A stretch of 64,000 bases of DNA. It comes from Deltaproteobacteria bacterium (GTDB lineage: Bacteria; Myxococcota_A; Polyangia; Polyangiales; Houyiibacteriaceae). Both the position numbers and the translations under genes were made by a program. This document shows, in pieces, positions 37,621 to 46,666 of this stretch; within the stretch, counting starts at the first letter, position 1; each line of letters opens with the position of its first letter. The notes below the pieces were generated by a model. It had not been told where the DNA came from. It saw only the letters and a list, made by a program, of their open reading frames with translations, and ran no database searches. The stretch spans positions 40,529-104,528 of the forward strand of contig JAXMNT010000026.1 in the NCBI GenBank assembly GCA_034670305.1, written 5' to 3'.

Positions 37621-38304
37621 GTGCCCCGCCTCTCCGACCAAGCCGAAGCCCTCCTCGACGCGGTCGGCGAAGATGGCCAGTCCACCACACTCAAGCCGCG
37701 CCGCGGACACGTCCGATTGCTCCCCGGCAACCTCGGCAACGCCTTGTGGACCTCGCGCCCCTGGCTCCCCTACGTCTGGTTCGCCCCCGTCGTCTCAGCG
37801 TGCCTCGAAGTCGCACCCCCAGCCGCCGAAGTCGGGGTGACCGTGCCAATCCCGGCCATGCTCGCCATCCCCGCCCTGTGGCTGAGCGGCGCCCTCGCCT
37901 GGATGTTGCTCGAGTACCTCATGCACCGCTTCTTCTTCCACCTCCGTGGAGACGGCCGACTCGTGCGCGGTTTCCGCTTCCTCGTCCACGAACACCACCA
38001 CGCCCACCCCTGGGACGAACGCCGCATCGCCGCGACTTGGTGGCAGATGTCGCTCGCCATGCTCTTGCTCTTCGGCATCGAACGCGCGTTGGCGCCCGTC
38101 CTGTGGCCCCACGTCTTTCTCGGCAGCCTGGTCGCCTACCTCCTCTACGAAGCGATCCACCACCGCATCCACCACGACCAAGAAGGCGGCCGGTTGCTGC
38201 GGGCCATCCGCGCCCACCACCTGAGGCACCACCACGGGCCAGACGGTGCGAAGCGCGGCTACGGGATCAGCAGCCCCGTCTTCGACTGGCTCTTCCGAAC
38301 ATGA
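37621..38304 (+). CDS. Fatty acid hydroxylase / sterol desaturase family protein (FA2H-like)
   Basis: His boxes EYLMHRFFFH, HEHHH, YEAIHHRIHH, HHLRHHH; YGISSP.FDWLFRT. Confidence 0.85.
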   Translation: MPRLSDQAEALLDAVGEDGQSTTLKPRRGHVRLLPGNLGNALWTSRPWLPYVWFAPVVSACLEVAPPAAEVGVTVPIPAMLAIPALWLSGALAWMLLEYLMHRFFFHLRGDGRLVRGFRFLVHEHHHAHPWDERRIAATWWQMSLAMLLLFGIERALAPVLWPHVFLGSLVAYLLYEAIHHRIHHDQEGGRLLRAIRAHHLRHHHGPDGAKRGYGISSPVFDWLFRT

Positions 38305-38380
38305 AACTCGGCGCGTCGCGCTTTGGTGACCGGCCGACGGCCCAAGCATCGGTACCAGGCCGCTCCCTGCGCGGCGGCCT

Positions 38381-38412
38381 CACTTAACATGACAGCGCGG
38401 TCATGCTAAGTG
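38381..38412. promoter_or_regulatory. 13-bp inverted repeat (operator or stem-loop) upstream of the ACP gene
   Basis: CACTTAACATGAC-AGCGCG-GTCATGCTAAGTG, 12 of 13 positions complementary, AT-rich for this genome. Confidence 0.55.
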
Positions 38413-38531
38413 CCGCCTCCTCCGGAGGCTGCAATGAAACGTACGACCACAGACGTGCTCAGCGGTGGGCTTGGTGCCGCTGATTCTCTGAAACCAGTCC
38501 GGCCGACCACCCGTGCGGCGAGGAGCCACGC

Positions 38532-38792
38532 ATGAACGACGAACTCGAAGCCGAGCTGTGTGTCCTGATCGTCAAAGCGCTGCTCTTGGAGGACGTCACC
38601 CCGTCCGACATCGACCCCGCCGCCCCGCTCTTCGGCGAGGGTCTTGGTCTCGACAGCATCGACGCACTGGAGCTCGCGCTGGCGATCGAAAAGAAGTACG
38701 GGGTGCGCCTCAAGTCGACCGATGAATCCAGGGTGCACTTCACGTCGGTCCGGACTCTGGCTGCGCATGTGGCGGCGGAGCGGCCCGCATGA
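38532..38792 (+). CDS. Acyl carrier protein (aryl-polyene/type II PKS-like)
   Basis: LFGEGLGLDSIDALEL phosphopantetheine site; GAGGAG RBS. Confidence 0.9.
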   Translation: MNDELEAELCVLIVKALLLEDVTPSDIDPAAPLFGEGLGLDSIDALELALAIEKKYGVRLKSTDESRVHFTSVRTLAAHVAAERPA

Positions 38793-39862
38793 GCGAGCGC
38801 GAGTTGACCGCGATCGAAGCGAAGTTCGAGGCGCAGAAGATTGCCTTCGGCCCGTTCTACTTTCAGGCGGCGGTCGCGATCAAAGAGCTCGGACTGTTGG
38901 ACGCGCTGGTGCGCAAACGTGGGCCCATGACGCCGGCTGCCTTGGCAGAGGCGTGTTCGGTCTCGCTCTACGCGGCCAAGACGTTGTGCGAGGCGGGCTT
39001 CTGCGCCGGGCTGCTGACGCGCGATGCCGAATCCAATGCGTACGAGATCACGAAGGTGGGTCGCTACATTCGCGCGGATCGCATGACCGAGGTCAACTTC
39101 AACTTCACCCAAGAAGTTTGTTATGCGGGGCTCGCGCGCCTCACCGAATCGTTCCGAACCGGCCGGCCCGAAGGACTCAAGGTGTTCGGCGACTGGCCGA
39201 CCGTCTACGAAGGGCTCTCCGAGCTGCCGGATGGGGTCAAGAAGGCCTGGTTCGAGTTCGACCAGTTCTACTCCGACGACGCATTCATCTGCGCGCTCGA
39301 TCTCGTGTTTGCGGGTTCGCCGCGGCACGTGCTCGACATCGGTGGCAACACCGGCAAGTGGGCGGAGGCCTGTTGCAAGCGCGACCCCGACGTCGAAGTC
39401 ACGTTGGTGGACCTGCCGGGCCAGCTCCAAGTCGCCGAGGCGCGGCTCGGTGCACAACCGTTCGCGGAGCGCGTTCGCTACGCGGAGGTCGACTTGCTGG
39501 ACGACGCCCAGAGCCTGCCGACCGGCGCCGACGTGGTGTGGATGAGTCAGTTCCTCGACTGCTTCGGAGACGACGAGATTCGCTCCATTTTGACGCGGGT
39601 CCACCAGGCCATCGACGACGACGCCACCGTCTACATTCTCGAGCCCTTCTGGGACAACCAAGAGTTCGAAGCGGGCCGGTTCTGCCTCGTCGGCACGTCG
39701 CTCTACTTCAGCTGCATCGCGAACGGCAACAGCAAGATGCTCGGCATCGACGAGATGACCGAACACGGCCGCGCGACCGGTTTCGAGCTCGTCAGCGCGC
39801 ACCCGCTTCTCGGCGACTCCTACCACACGCTGCTCAAGCTGAAGAAACGCGCCGCCGCATAG
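38789..39862 (+). CDS. SAM-dependent O-methyltransferase (dimerisation + methyltransferase_2 domains)
   Basis: AQKIAFGP..FQ, VLDIGGNTGKW, VDLP, WMSQFLDCF, ANGNSKM; ATGA overlap with ACP. Confidence 0.85.
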   Translation: MSERELTAIEAKFEAQKIAFGPFYFQAAVAIKELGLLDALVRKRGPMTPAALAEACSVSLYAAKTLCEAGFCAGLLTRDAESNAYEITKVGRYIRADRMTEVNFNFTQEVCYAGLARLTESFRTGRPEGLKVFGDWPTVYEGLSELPDGVKKAWFEFDQFYSDDAFICALDLVFAGSPRHVLDIGGNTGKWAEACCKRDPDVEVTLVDLPGQLQVAEARLGAQPFAERVRYAEVDLLDDAQSLPTGADVVWMSQFLDCFGDDEIRSILTRVHQAIDDDATVYILEPFWDNQEFEAGRFCLVGTSLYFSCIANGNSKMLGIDEMTEHGRATGFELVSAHPLLGDSYHTLLKLKKRAAA

Positions 39863-39907
39863 AGCGGCGCGCGTGGGGTCGGGTCGCCGTGGCCTGCGCT
39901 CAGCTCC

Positions 39908-41116
39908 TCATCCCACCAGCGCGTCGAGCTTCGCTTCGATCGTCTTCGCGCTCATCACGCCTTTGTAGACGTAGAGCGCCGCGCTCTTGGACTCGGCGAG
40001 CAGCTTCTCGCTGACTCGGAGCCGGGTCGATGCGGCGAAGAGCATCGGGACCGCGAGCCCTTTCTCCGCGAGTTCGACGCGTTTGAAAACCGCGTCTCGG
40101 CTCCAGTATCCCATGACTTCCAAGTACACAGTCGACTTGCCCTTGCGGAAGACCAGGTCGGGCACGCACTCGCCGACGCCGGGCAACGAGACCACCGCTT
40201 CGGCCGGCTCGCACGCCCACTTGCTCGTGCCCTTTTCGTGGCGGGCGGCCATCTTGGCGCGAAGCTTCTCGACTTCGTCGGGCAACGCGACCGGCGCGCC
40301 CTCCCCGTCCTTCTCGCGTCCGCCATCGGCCCGGAACCGGAGCCTCGTGCGCTGTTTGCCCCAGCGGATCTTCGCATCGAGCGACCACCGGTCGCACGCG
40401 CGGATCGCGGGCAAGACGAGCGCGAGCTGCAGCCCGTACTTCGTGACGGACTGCAGCAAGCTGAACGGTCCGTCGATCGTGATGCGGTAGCCCTTGGCTT
40501 CGGGGAGCGGCTCGATGCGGTAGAGCAGCCGCCGGAACTTCATGGTGCGGAAGAGCGCGCGGTAGCCGGCGGCGTCTTGGCTCTCGACCTCGACCGTCAC
40601 AGACTCCGCCCGCAGCAGCACCGCTTGCACCTGCGAACGTTCCCAGTGCACCGCGACCTCCGCACCGCTGATGTCGTCGAACGCGAGCAGACGGTGGGCG
40701 CTCTTGAGGTCCGCGAAGAGCAGCCGCTCCACCTCCTCGGCGGTGACCGAGTGGCTCGAAGCGATCTCGGCCAACAGCGCATCGCGGTCGAACGCGTCGC
40801 TGCGGCGCGCGTCGGCCGCGCGCGTGAAGACCTCTTGCCGGAGCGCGACGGGATCGAGCTTCGTCTGCACTTCGAAGTCGCAGCGGTCGAGCACCAACTT
40901 CCGCAGGCCATCGGCGAGTTTGACGTCGCGGTTGTCCACCTTCACGTGGCCCATCGCTTCGAGCACTTCGCTGCGGCTCTCGCCCACCGAGGCCCGGGCG
41001 ATGGTCACGTACCGCGCCGCGATCTCCGCTGCCCGGCTGCGGATCTTCGTGTCCATCTTGCGGAGTTTGAGTTCCCCGTCCCGCTTGGTGGCCAGCACGT
41101 GGTCACTTGTAAGCAA
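39908..41116 (-). CDS. DUF790 / Bax1-like endonuclease
   Basis: TTG start 41116 with GGAGAG RBS; LFADL, IDGP.SL...TKYG, PD...LEVMGYW nuclease-like motif; overlaps helicase stop. Confidence 0.85.
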   Translation of the reverse strand: MLTSDHVLATKRDGELKLRKMDTKIRSRAAEIAARYVTIARASVGESRSEVLEAMGHVKVDNRDVKLADGLRKLVLDRCDFEVQTKLDPVALRQEVFTRAADARRSDAFDRDALLAEIASSHSVTAEEVERLLFADLKSAHRLLAFDDISGAEVAVHWERSQVQAVLLRAESVTVEVESQDAAGYRALFRTMKFRRLLYRIEPLPEAKGYRITIDGPFSLLQSVTKYGLQLALVLPAIRACDRWSLDAKIRWGKQRTRLRFRADGGREKDGEGAPVALPDEVEKLRAKMAARHEKGTSKWACEPAEAVVSLPGVGECVPDLVFRKGKSTVYLEVMGYWSRDAVFKRVELAEKGLAVPMLFAASTRLRVSEKLLAESKSAALYVYKGVMSAKTIEAKLDALVG

Positions 41117-42467
41117 CGTGGTCTCTCCGTCGTTCGCTGGTGTAGGCCTCGCCGGTCTGGGCGGTGATGATCTCGTAGAGGGTGGCGCGTTTGTCGCCCA
41201 CCTTGCGCAGGATGCGGCCGAGCCGCTGCACGTGTTCCCGCACGCTGCCGCTGCCACTGACAACGATCGCCACGTTCGCGTCCGGCACGTCGACGCCTTC
41301 GTTGAGCACCCGGCTCGTGACCACCGCGCGGTACCGGCCCGCCGCCAGGCCCTCGAGCACTTCGCTGCGTTCGCTGATCTTCGTCTGGTGGGTGATGGCC
41401 GGGATCAAGAACCGGCGACTGATCTCGTAGCAGGTGGCGTTGTCCGACGTGAACACGATCGCGCGGTCGTCGCAGTGTTCCTCGAGCAGGTTGCCGACGT
41501 AGTCGAGCTTGGCTGGCGCCGCGAACGCGAGCTGTTTCTGTTTGCGGTAGCCCGCCATCGCGCGGCGGCCTTCGTCGCTTCGGGCGCTGCGCTGGATGAA
41601 CTCGCTCCAGCCCTTCTTCGAGCCCATGCGGATGCCTTGGCTGCGCAGAAACGCCAGATAGATCGCACGCGCCTCTTCGTACTCCTGGCGCTCTTCAGGA
41701 GAGAACTCCACCTGGATGTGGATGGTCTCGTAGTCGGCGAGGTAGTCGCCGCTCATCGCGACGATCTCTTGCCGGTAGCAGATGGGCCCGATGAGCGCGT
41801 CGATGACTTCTTCGCGGCCATCCTCGCGTTCCGGAGTCGCGGTCAACCCGAGCCGGTACGGCGCCAGACAACAGCGGGCCGCGAGCGCGTAGCTCTCGCC
41901 GGGCAGGTGGTGGCACTCGTCGAACACCACGATGCCGAACCGGTTGCCGAGGTGCTCCATGTGGATGTACGCAGAGTCGTAGGTGGTGACGGTCAGATCC
42001 TCGACGGTGTGGTCGCCGCCGCCGACGATGCCCACCGGTCGGTCGAACGCGGTGCGCAAGTTGTCGTGCCACTGCCGCACCAGGTCGAGCGTGGGCGCCA
42101 CGACCAGCGTGCTCCGCCGAAGCGCATCGATCGCCATCATCGCCACGTGGCTCTTGCCGGCGCCGGTCGGGAGCACCACGAGCCCGCGGCCCTGCGCGCC
42201 CCGCCAGGCCTTCAGCGCTTCGTCCTGGTACGGGCGCGGCGTTCGGCGCACGCGGAGTCCCTCGTCCAGGGTGGTGTAGGCGCGCGCTTCGTCCTCGTAG
42301 GGCTCTTTGCGCTGGTGCAAGCGCAGCAGGATCGGCGCGTAGTCGATCGCCGCGGCGCGGTGGCACGCAGCCCGCGGATCCCAGACACACTCGGGCGGCG
42401 TGCGCGGGTCGCCACGCTCGAGACCGTGCAGCTCCAGCGTGCCCTGGACGAACCTGAGCGTGATCAT
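41103..42467 (-). CDS. XPB/Rad25-like SF2 DNA helicase
   Basis: Start MITLRF at 42467; PRPYQ, LPTGAGKS, DECHH, LGLTATPERED, LNEGVDVP, QRLGRILR. Confidence 0.9.
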   Translation of the reverse strand: MITLRFVQGTLELHGLERGDPRTPPECVWDPRAACHRAAAIDYAPILLRLHQRKEPYEDEARAYTTLDEGLRVRRTPRPYQDEALKAWRGAQGRGLVVLPTGAGKSHVAMMAIDALRRSTLVVAPTLDLVRQWHDNLRTAFDRPVGIVGGGDHTVEDLTVTTYDSAYIHMEHLGNRFGIVVFDECHHLPGESYALAARCCLAPYRLGLTATPEREDGREEVIDALIGPICYRQEIVAMSGDYLADYETIHIQVEFSPEERQEYEEARAIYLAFLRSQGIRMGSKKGWSEFIQRSARSDEGRRAMAGYRKQKQLAFAAPAKLDYVGNLLEEHCDDRAIVFTSDNATCYEISRRFLIPAITHQTKISERSEVLEGLAAGRYRAVVTSRVLNEGVDVPDANVAIVVSGSGSVREHVQRLGRILRKVGDKRATLYEIITAQTGEAYTSERRRDHVAYK

Positions 42468-42585
42468 CGAAACGGTCGTAGCAGAAGTCGAGGCCCGCAC
42501 GCGAACCTCCTCGTCCTGTCCGCCCGAGGGTTGCGGATTGCGGATGGCTCCGCGCCGAGTCCTCGCGTACCGTGGCTGGCAGCCG

Positions 42586-43464
42586 ATGAGTGAATGGATC
42601 GAGGACGAAGTCGTCCGCACCCACCCACCCCCGACGGCCAAGATCCGACTGGACGGCGACGGGGTCGAGTACTGGCCCAACGTGGCGACGCGGGTCGTCG
42701 CGCCGTGGAACACCATCTTCGGAGTCGCGCTGGTCCCGCTCGAATCGCCGACCCGCGCCTACATCTTGGTGCCGCGCAAACCACCGGCGCCCCCCTGGCT
42801 CCTGGTCACCCCGTCGGACCTGCCCAAAGACCTCGCCCACGAAGGACTCGCAGGTCTGGGCAAGCGGGTCCGCGAACGGCTCGGCCAGCGGGGTTACCGA
42901 GACGCGGGTCCGACCCGGCCGTTGCTCGACAGCGACACCCTCATGTCCAAGGTGCTCGATCGCGCCGAGGTGCCCGGCGCGCTCGAGGTCCCCGTCGCGG
43001 CTGGCCCTGGGGGCTGGTGGCGGCGCTCCCTCGACTTCTTCGCCGCCGGCTCGGCCGGCGGCCTCGCGGGCCTCTACGCGGGAGGGCTCACCGGGAGCAT
43101 GGTGGTCGCCGCCGGCATCGCGCTCGGCGGTGCGGTGCTCGGCGCATCGGTCCCCGTCGTGCTGGCCAGCAACTGGCGCTCTGTCCGAAGACGCCGCACC
43201 CGGCCACGGGTCTTGGTGCTCGCACCCGATGGCTGCGTGGTCGGCCTTCCCTCGGGCCCAAGGGCGTTCAGCTGGCCCGAGGTGGCGCGCTTCGAAGCCG
43301 GCGCCCAGCCGACGCCGCAGAAGCCACTCGGCCCCGACCGACCGTGTTTGGACGTCTACCTGCAGGGCGGCGAGTGCGCGGGCCGCATCGACGGAGCCTG
43401 GTTCGCCGAACCGCTGGAGTTGATCGTGGCGGTCGCCGAGGCGTACCGGGTCCGGCACCAGTAG
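42586..43464 (+). CDS. Hypothetical membrane protein (Gly-rich TM hairpin flanked by PH-like beta regions)
   Basis: Start MSEWIEDE; central GGLAGLYAGG...LGGAVLG hydrophobic hairpin. Confidence 0.6.
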   Translation: MSEWIEDEVVRTHPPPTAKIRLDGDGVEYWPNVATRVVAPWNTIFGVALVPLESPTRAYILVPRKPPAPPWLLVTPSDLPKDLAHEGLAGLGKRVRERLGQRGYRDAGPTRPLLDSDTLMSKVLDRAEVPGALEVPVAAGPGGWWRRSLDFFAAGSAGGLAGLYAGGLTGSMVVAAGIALGGAVLGASVPVVLASNWRSVRRRRTRPRVLVLAPDGCVVGLPSGPRAFSWPEVARFEAGAQPTPQKPLGPDRPCLDVYLQGGECAGRIDGAWFAEPLELIVAVAEAYRVRHQ

Positions 43465-43536
43465 CCGGAGCACTGCTGCGGGCGCTCGAACGCGTGCGCT
43501 GCGGGCAGGCCCCAAGATGCGAACTCGCGTCGGCAC

Positions 43537-43568
43537 AAAGAAAAGAGGCGCCCCTTTCGGAGCGCCTC
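43537..43568 (-). terminator. Rho-independent terminator
   Basis: Minus strand GAGGCGCUCC-GAAA-GGGGCGCCUC-UUUUCUUU, 30 nt after the stop at 43599. Confidence 0.85.
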
Positions 43569-43598
43569 CCTTCTCGTTGGTTGTGCTGGCTCGAGGCT

Positions 43599-44891
43599 CT
43601 AGGCGCCGCCGATGCCGATGCCCACGCACATCGAGTCGCGGCAGAACTCCCGCCGTCCGCACACGGTGCCGCAGTCCCCGCAGTTCTCGGGATCGTTGCG
43701 GGTGTCGACGCAGGTGTCGCCGCAGCTCGTGAGCGGCGGGCGGCAGAAGATGTCACCCGCCCGGCATTCGCCGCGGGTGCAGGTCTCGAGGTCGGCACAC
43801 ACGACGCCACAGTCACCACAGTTGTTCTCGTCCGTGTTGGTGTCCACGCACGAGCCGTCGCAGTCGGTCAGACGGCCGCCGCAGTCGGCGATGCACTCGC
43901 CGAGGCGACACGACTCACCGTCGGCGCACGCCATGTCGCAACCGCCGCAGTGCGCGGGGTCGGTGCGGGGATCGACGCACATGTCGCCGCAGGAGATGCC
44001 GCCGTCGCCACAGTCGAGCGTGCATGTACCGCCGGTGCAGACTTCGCCCGCCCCGCAGGCCATGCCGCAGCCACCGCAGTGAAGCGGGTTGGTGTTGGTG
44101 TTCGTGCAGACGCCGCGGCAGTCGACGCCGCCGCGCGGACACGTGCAGGCGCCGTCGAGGCAACGGGCGCCGTCCGCGCAGACCACATCGCATCCGCCGC
44201 AGTGATCGGGATCGCCGCTGGTGTCGACGCAGGAGCCGCCGCAGTCGGTGTCGCCGTCTGCGCACATCGCCGCGCAGTCGCCACCGTCACAGACTTCGCC
44301 CGCGTCGCATGCGTTGCCGCAGCGACCACAGTTCATCGGGTCTTCGTCCAGCACCACGCAGGCATCCGAACACTCGACCGCATCGCCGACGCACGCACAC
44401 GCGCTGTCGCGGCAGACCGAATCGGCCGCGCATGCGTTGCCGCAGCGACCGCAGTTCTCGTCGTCGCTGGCGAGCAGGGTGCAGACCCCATCGCAGTCCG
44501 TCGTGCCGCGGGGACACGCGTCCGAACAGCTGCCAAACGCACAGACCTGCTCCGAGCCGCACGCAATGTCGCAGCCGCCGCAGTGCGCGACGTCGGAGCG
44601 GAAGTCCACGCACACGCCGTCGCAGTCCGCTTCTTCGGCGCCGCACTCGACCATCATGCCGGCGTCTTCGCCGCCGCCCGCGTCTTCGCCGCCGCCGGTG
44701 TCTTCGCCGCCACCGCCGTCGTCGGAGTCACCGGCGTCTTCGCCGCCGCCGCCGGTGTCGACCCGCAATGCGTCCACGCCGCCCGCGTCGCCGTCCGGGG
44801 GGGTGTCGTCGTCGCCGCACCCCGTGAACGCCAAGCCCAACATCAAAACCGCCGCAAGCCCCACCCGGGAGCCGCCATTAATCCAACCCAT
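43599..44891 (-). CDS. Cys-rich repeat lipoprotein (eight D..[NH]CG.C...C STIG1-like repeats)
   Basis: Start MGWING at 44891 with GGAGGT RBS; lipobox FTG-C; GGGEDAG linker repeats; eight CG.C repeats. Confidence 0.85.
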   Translation of the reverse strand: MGWINGGSRVGLAAVLMLGLAFTGCGDDDTPPDGDAGGVDALRVDTGGGGEDAGDSDDGGGGEDTGGGEDAGGGEDAGMMVECGAEEADCDGVCVDFRSDVAHCGGCDIACGSEQVCAFGSCSDACPRGTTDCDGVCTLLASDDENCGRCGNACAADSVCRDSACACVGDAVECSDACVVLDEDPMNCGRCGNACDAGEVCDGGDCAAMCADGDTDCGGSCVDTSGDPDHCGGCDVVCADGARCLDGACTCPRGGVDCRGVCTNTNTNPLHCGGCGMACGAGEVCTGGTCTLDCGDGGISCGDMCVDPRTDPAHCGGCDMACADGESCRLGECIADCGGRLTDCDGSCVDTNTDENNCGDCGVVCADLETCTRGECRAGDIFCRPPLTSCGDTCVDTRNDPENCGDCGTVCGRREFCRDSMCVGIGIGGA

Positions 44892-45031
44892 GAATCCCAC
44901 CTCCAAAGGACCAGGGTATCGCGGAGGGAAGCGGCTCGCCAGAACGAGGTGATCGGAGCCTCGAGCACGGCGGATCGGGCCACACAGCCATCCGTCGCCG
45001 TTTGGCGGCATCCTGCTAGAGTCAGCCCGCC

Positions 45032-45805
45032 ATGTTCGGCATCGGTTTCGGAGAGATGATGATTGTCGCGGTCGTGCTGCTCATCGCAGTGGGCCCGGAC
45101 AAGATGCCGAAGCTGATGAAGGCGGTCGGCAAGGGCCTGCGCCAGGTGCGCAGCGCGTCCAACGAGCTGCGCAAACAGTCCGGCATCGACGAGCTGATGC
45201 GGGAGGATCCGGTCGGTCTCAAGGAGCTGCAGCGGGATCTCGCCCGCAAGCCTGGCCCGCGCCGGGCGGAGAAGCTCTCCGCCGACGATCTGGAGCGGGA
45301 GCAACCCGCCGAAGGCGTGGACCTCGCAACCGCGCGCCGCCAAGCCGAGGAGTTGCGGCTCCAGGAGGAGATCGCGCAGGCCGAGCAAGCGGCCCTGGAA
45401 GACGGCGACGGCGAGCCATCGGACGAGGCAGCGCCGGAACCCGTGGCTCATGTGCCCGTACCCCATGTGCCGGTGGGCCGCGCTCCGGTTCCCCCGGCTG
45501 AGCCGAAGATCGAACACACCCGGATCGCGCTGCCGGGCCTCGAGCCGATGGCCAAGTCGGGGCCCGCGTCGGTGCCGCCGCCCTCCCCGTCGGTGCCCCC
45601 GCGTTCCCCGTCGGCCGCGGCGCCGTCGCCGCCTTCGCCCTCGGTGCCGCCGCCCTCGCCATCGGTGCCGCCGCCCTCCCCGTCGGTCGCGCCACCGCCG
45701 CCCGCCGCTGCGCGCAAGCGTCGAGACGACGCGACGATGGAGCTCCAGACCGAGGACGTGGAGTACTTCGCGCCACCGAAGCTGCCGCCGGAGCCGCCCA
45801 AGTGA
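45032..45805 (+). CDS. tatB: Twin-arginine translocase TatB-like subunit with long Pro/Ser-rich tail
   Basis: MFGIGFGEM..V.VV.LI.VGP.KMP; immediately upstream of tatC. Confidence 0.8.
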   Translation: MFGIGFGEMMIVAVVLLIAVGPDKMPKLMKAVGKGLRQVRSASNELRKQSGIDELMREDPVGLKELQRDLARKPGPRRAEKLSADDLEREQPAEGVDLATARRQAEELRLQEEIAQAEQAALEDGDGEPSDEAAPEPVAHVPVPHVPVGRAPVPPAEPKIEHTRIALPGLEPMAKSGPASVPPPSPSVPPRSPSAAAPSPPSPSVPPPSPSVPPPSPSVAPPPPAAARKRRDDATMELQTEDVEYFAPPKLPPEPPK

Positions 45806-46647
45806 CCGTGAAACCAGCGGCGCTCCCTTCGGGCGACGGCGACCCCGCGAACCCGGAAGACGACGTGGAGATGGGGTTCTTCGAGCACCTCGCCGAACTC
45901 CGCACGCGTTTGGTGCGCTCGGTCTATGGCGTGGTGCCCTGCATCGCCGTGGCGTGGCTCTTCAAGGAGTACCTGCTCGAGTGGATCCTCGATCCCCTCG
46001 TCGCCGCGTACGCCGCCCTCGGCATCGAGCCGGAGATTCACTTCAAGAACCTCGTCGACCCGTTCTTGGCCTACTTCAAGATCTCCATCGTCACCGGGTT
46101 GCTCGCGGCGTCGCCGTGGATCTTCTACCAGCTCTGGGGGTTCCTCGCGCCGGGCCTCTACCGCAAAGAGAAGCTGCTCGCGATCCCGTTCGTGCTCGTC
46201 TCCACGATCTGTTTCGTAGGCGGCGGCCTCTTTGGCTACTTCATCGTGTTCCCGATGGGGTTCGAGACGTTCCTCAGCTACGCGGGCGAGTTGCCGTCGC
46301 AGAACATCCGCATGCAGCCGACGATCATGATCGACGAGTACCTGACGTTCTCCACGCGGCTCTTGCTCGCGTTCGGGCTCGTCTTCGAAGTGCCCGTCGT
46401 CGTCACCTTCATCTCGGCGATCGGCCTCGTCACTTGGCGCGGGCTACTGAAGTTCGCCCGCTGGTGGATCCTGGTCGCGAGCTTCCTCGCCGCGTTCCTC
46501 ACCCCGCCGGATGTCGCTTCCCAGCTCATCATGCTGGTGCCGCTCGTGGTGCTCTACTTCATGTCCATCGGCATCGCGTTCCTGATCGACAAGCGCCGTG
46601 AGAAGAAGCGCGGCAAAGACCCCGACGACGGCAAGTTCGAGCGCTGA
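45802..46647 (+). CDS. tatC: Twin-arginine translocase subunit TatC
   Basis: EHLAELRTRL, YQLWGFLAPGLY.KE, FEVP, TPPD. Confidence 0.95.
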   Translation: MTVKPAALPSGDGDPANPEDDVEMGFFEHLAELRTRLVRSVYGVVPCIAVAWLFKEYLLEWILDPLVAAYAALGIEPEIHFKNLVDPFLAYFKISIVTGLLAASPWIFYQLWGFLAPGLYRKEKLLAIPFVLVSTICFVGGGLFGYFIVFPMGFETFLSYAGELPSQNIRMQPTIMIDEYLTFSTRLLLAFGLVFEVPVVVTFISAIGLVTWRGLLKFARWWILVASFLAAFLTPPDVASQLIMLVPLVVLYFMSIGIAFLIDKRREKKRGKDPDDGKFER

Positions 46648-46666
46648 CCCGGAGCGGTGAGCCCGA

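Noticed and set aside
45003-45018. TGGC...TGCT upstream of tatB as a sigma-54 promoter
   Set aside because: GG-to-GC spacing is 9, not 10; an extended -10 (TGcTAGAGT) fits better
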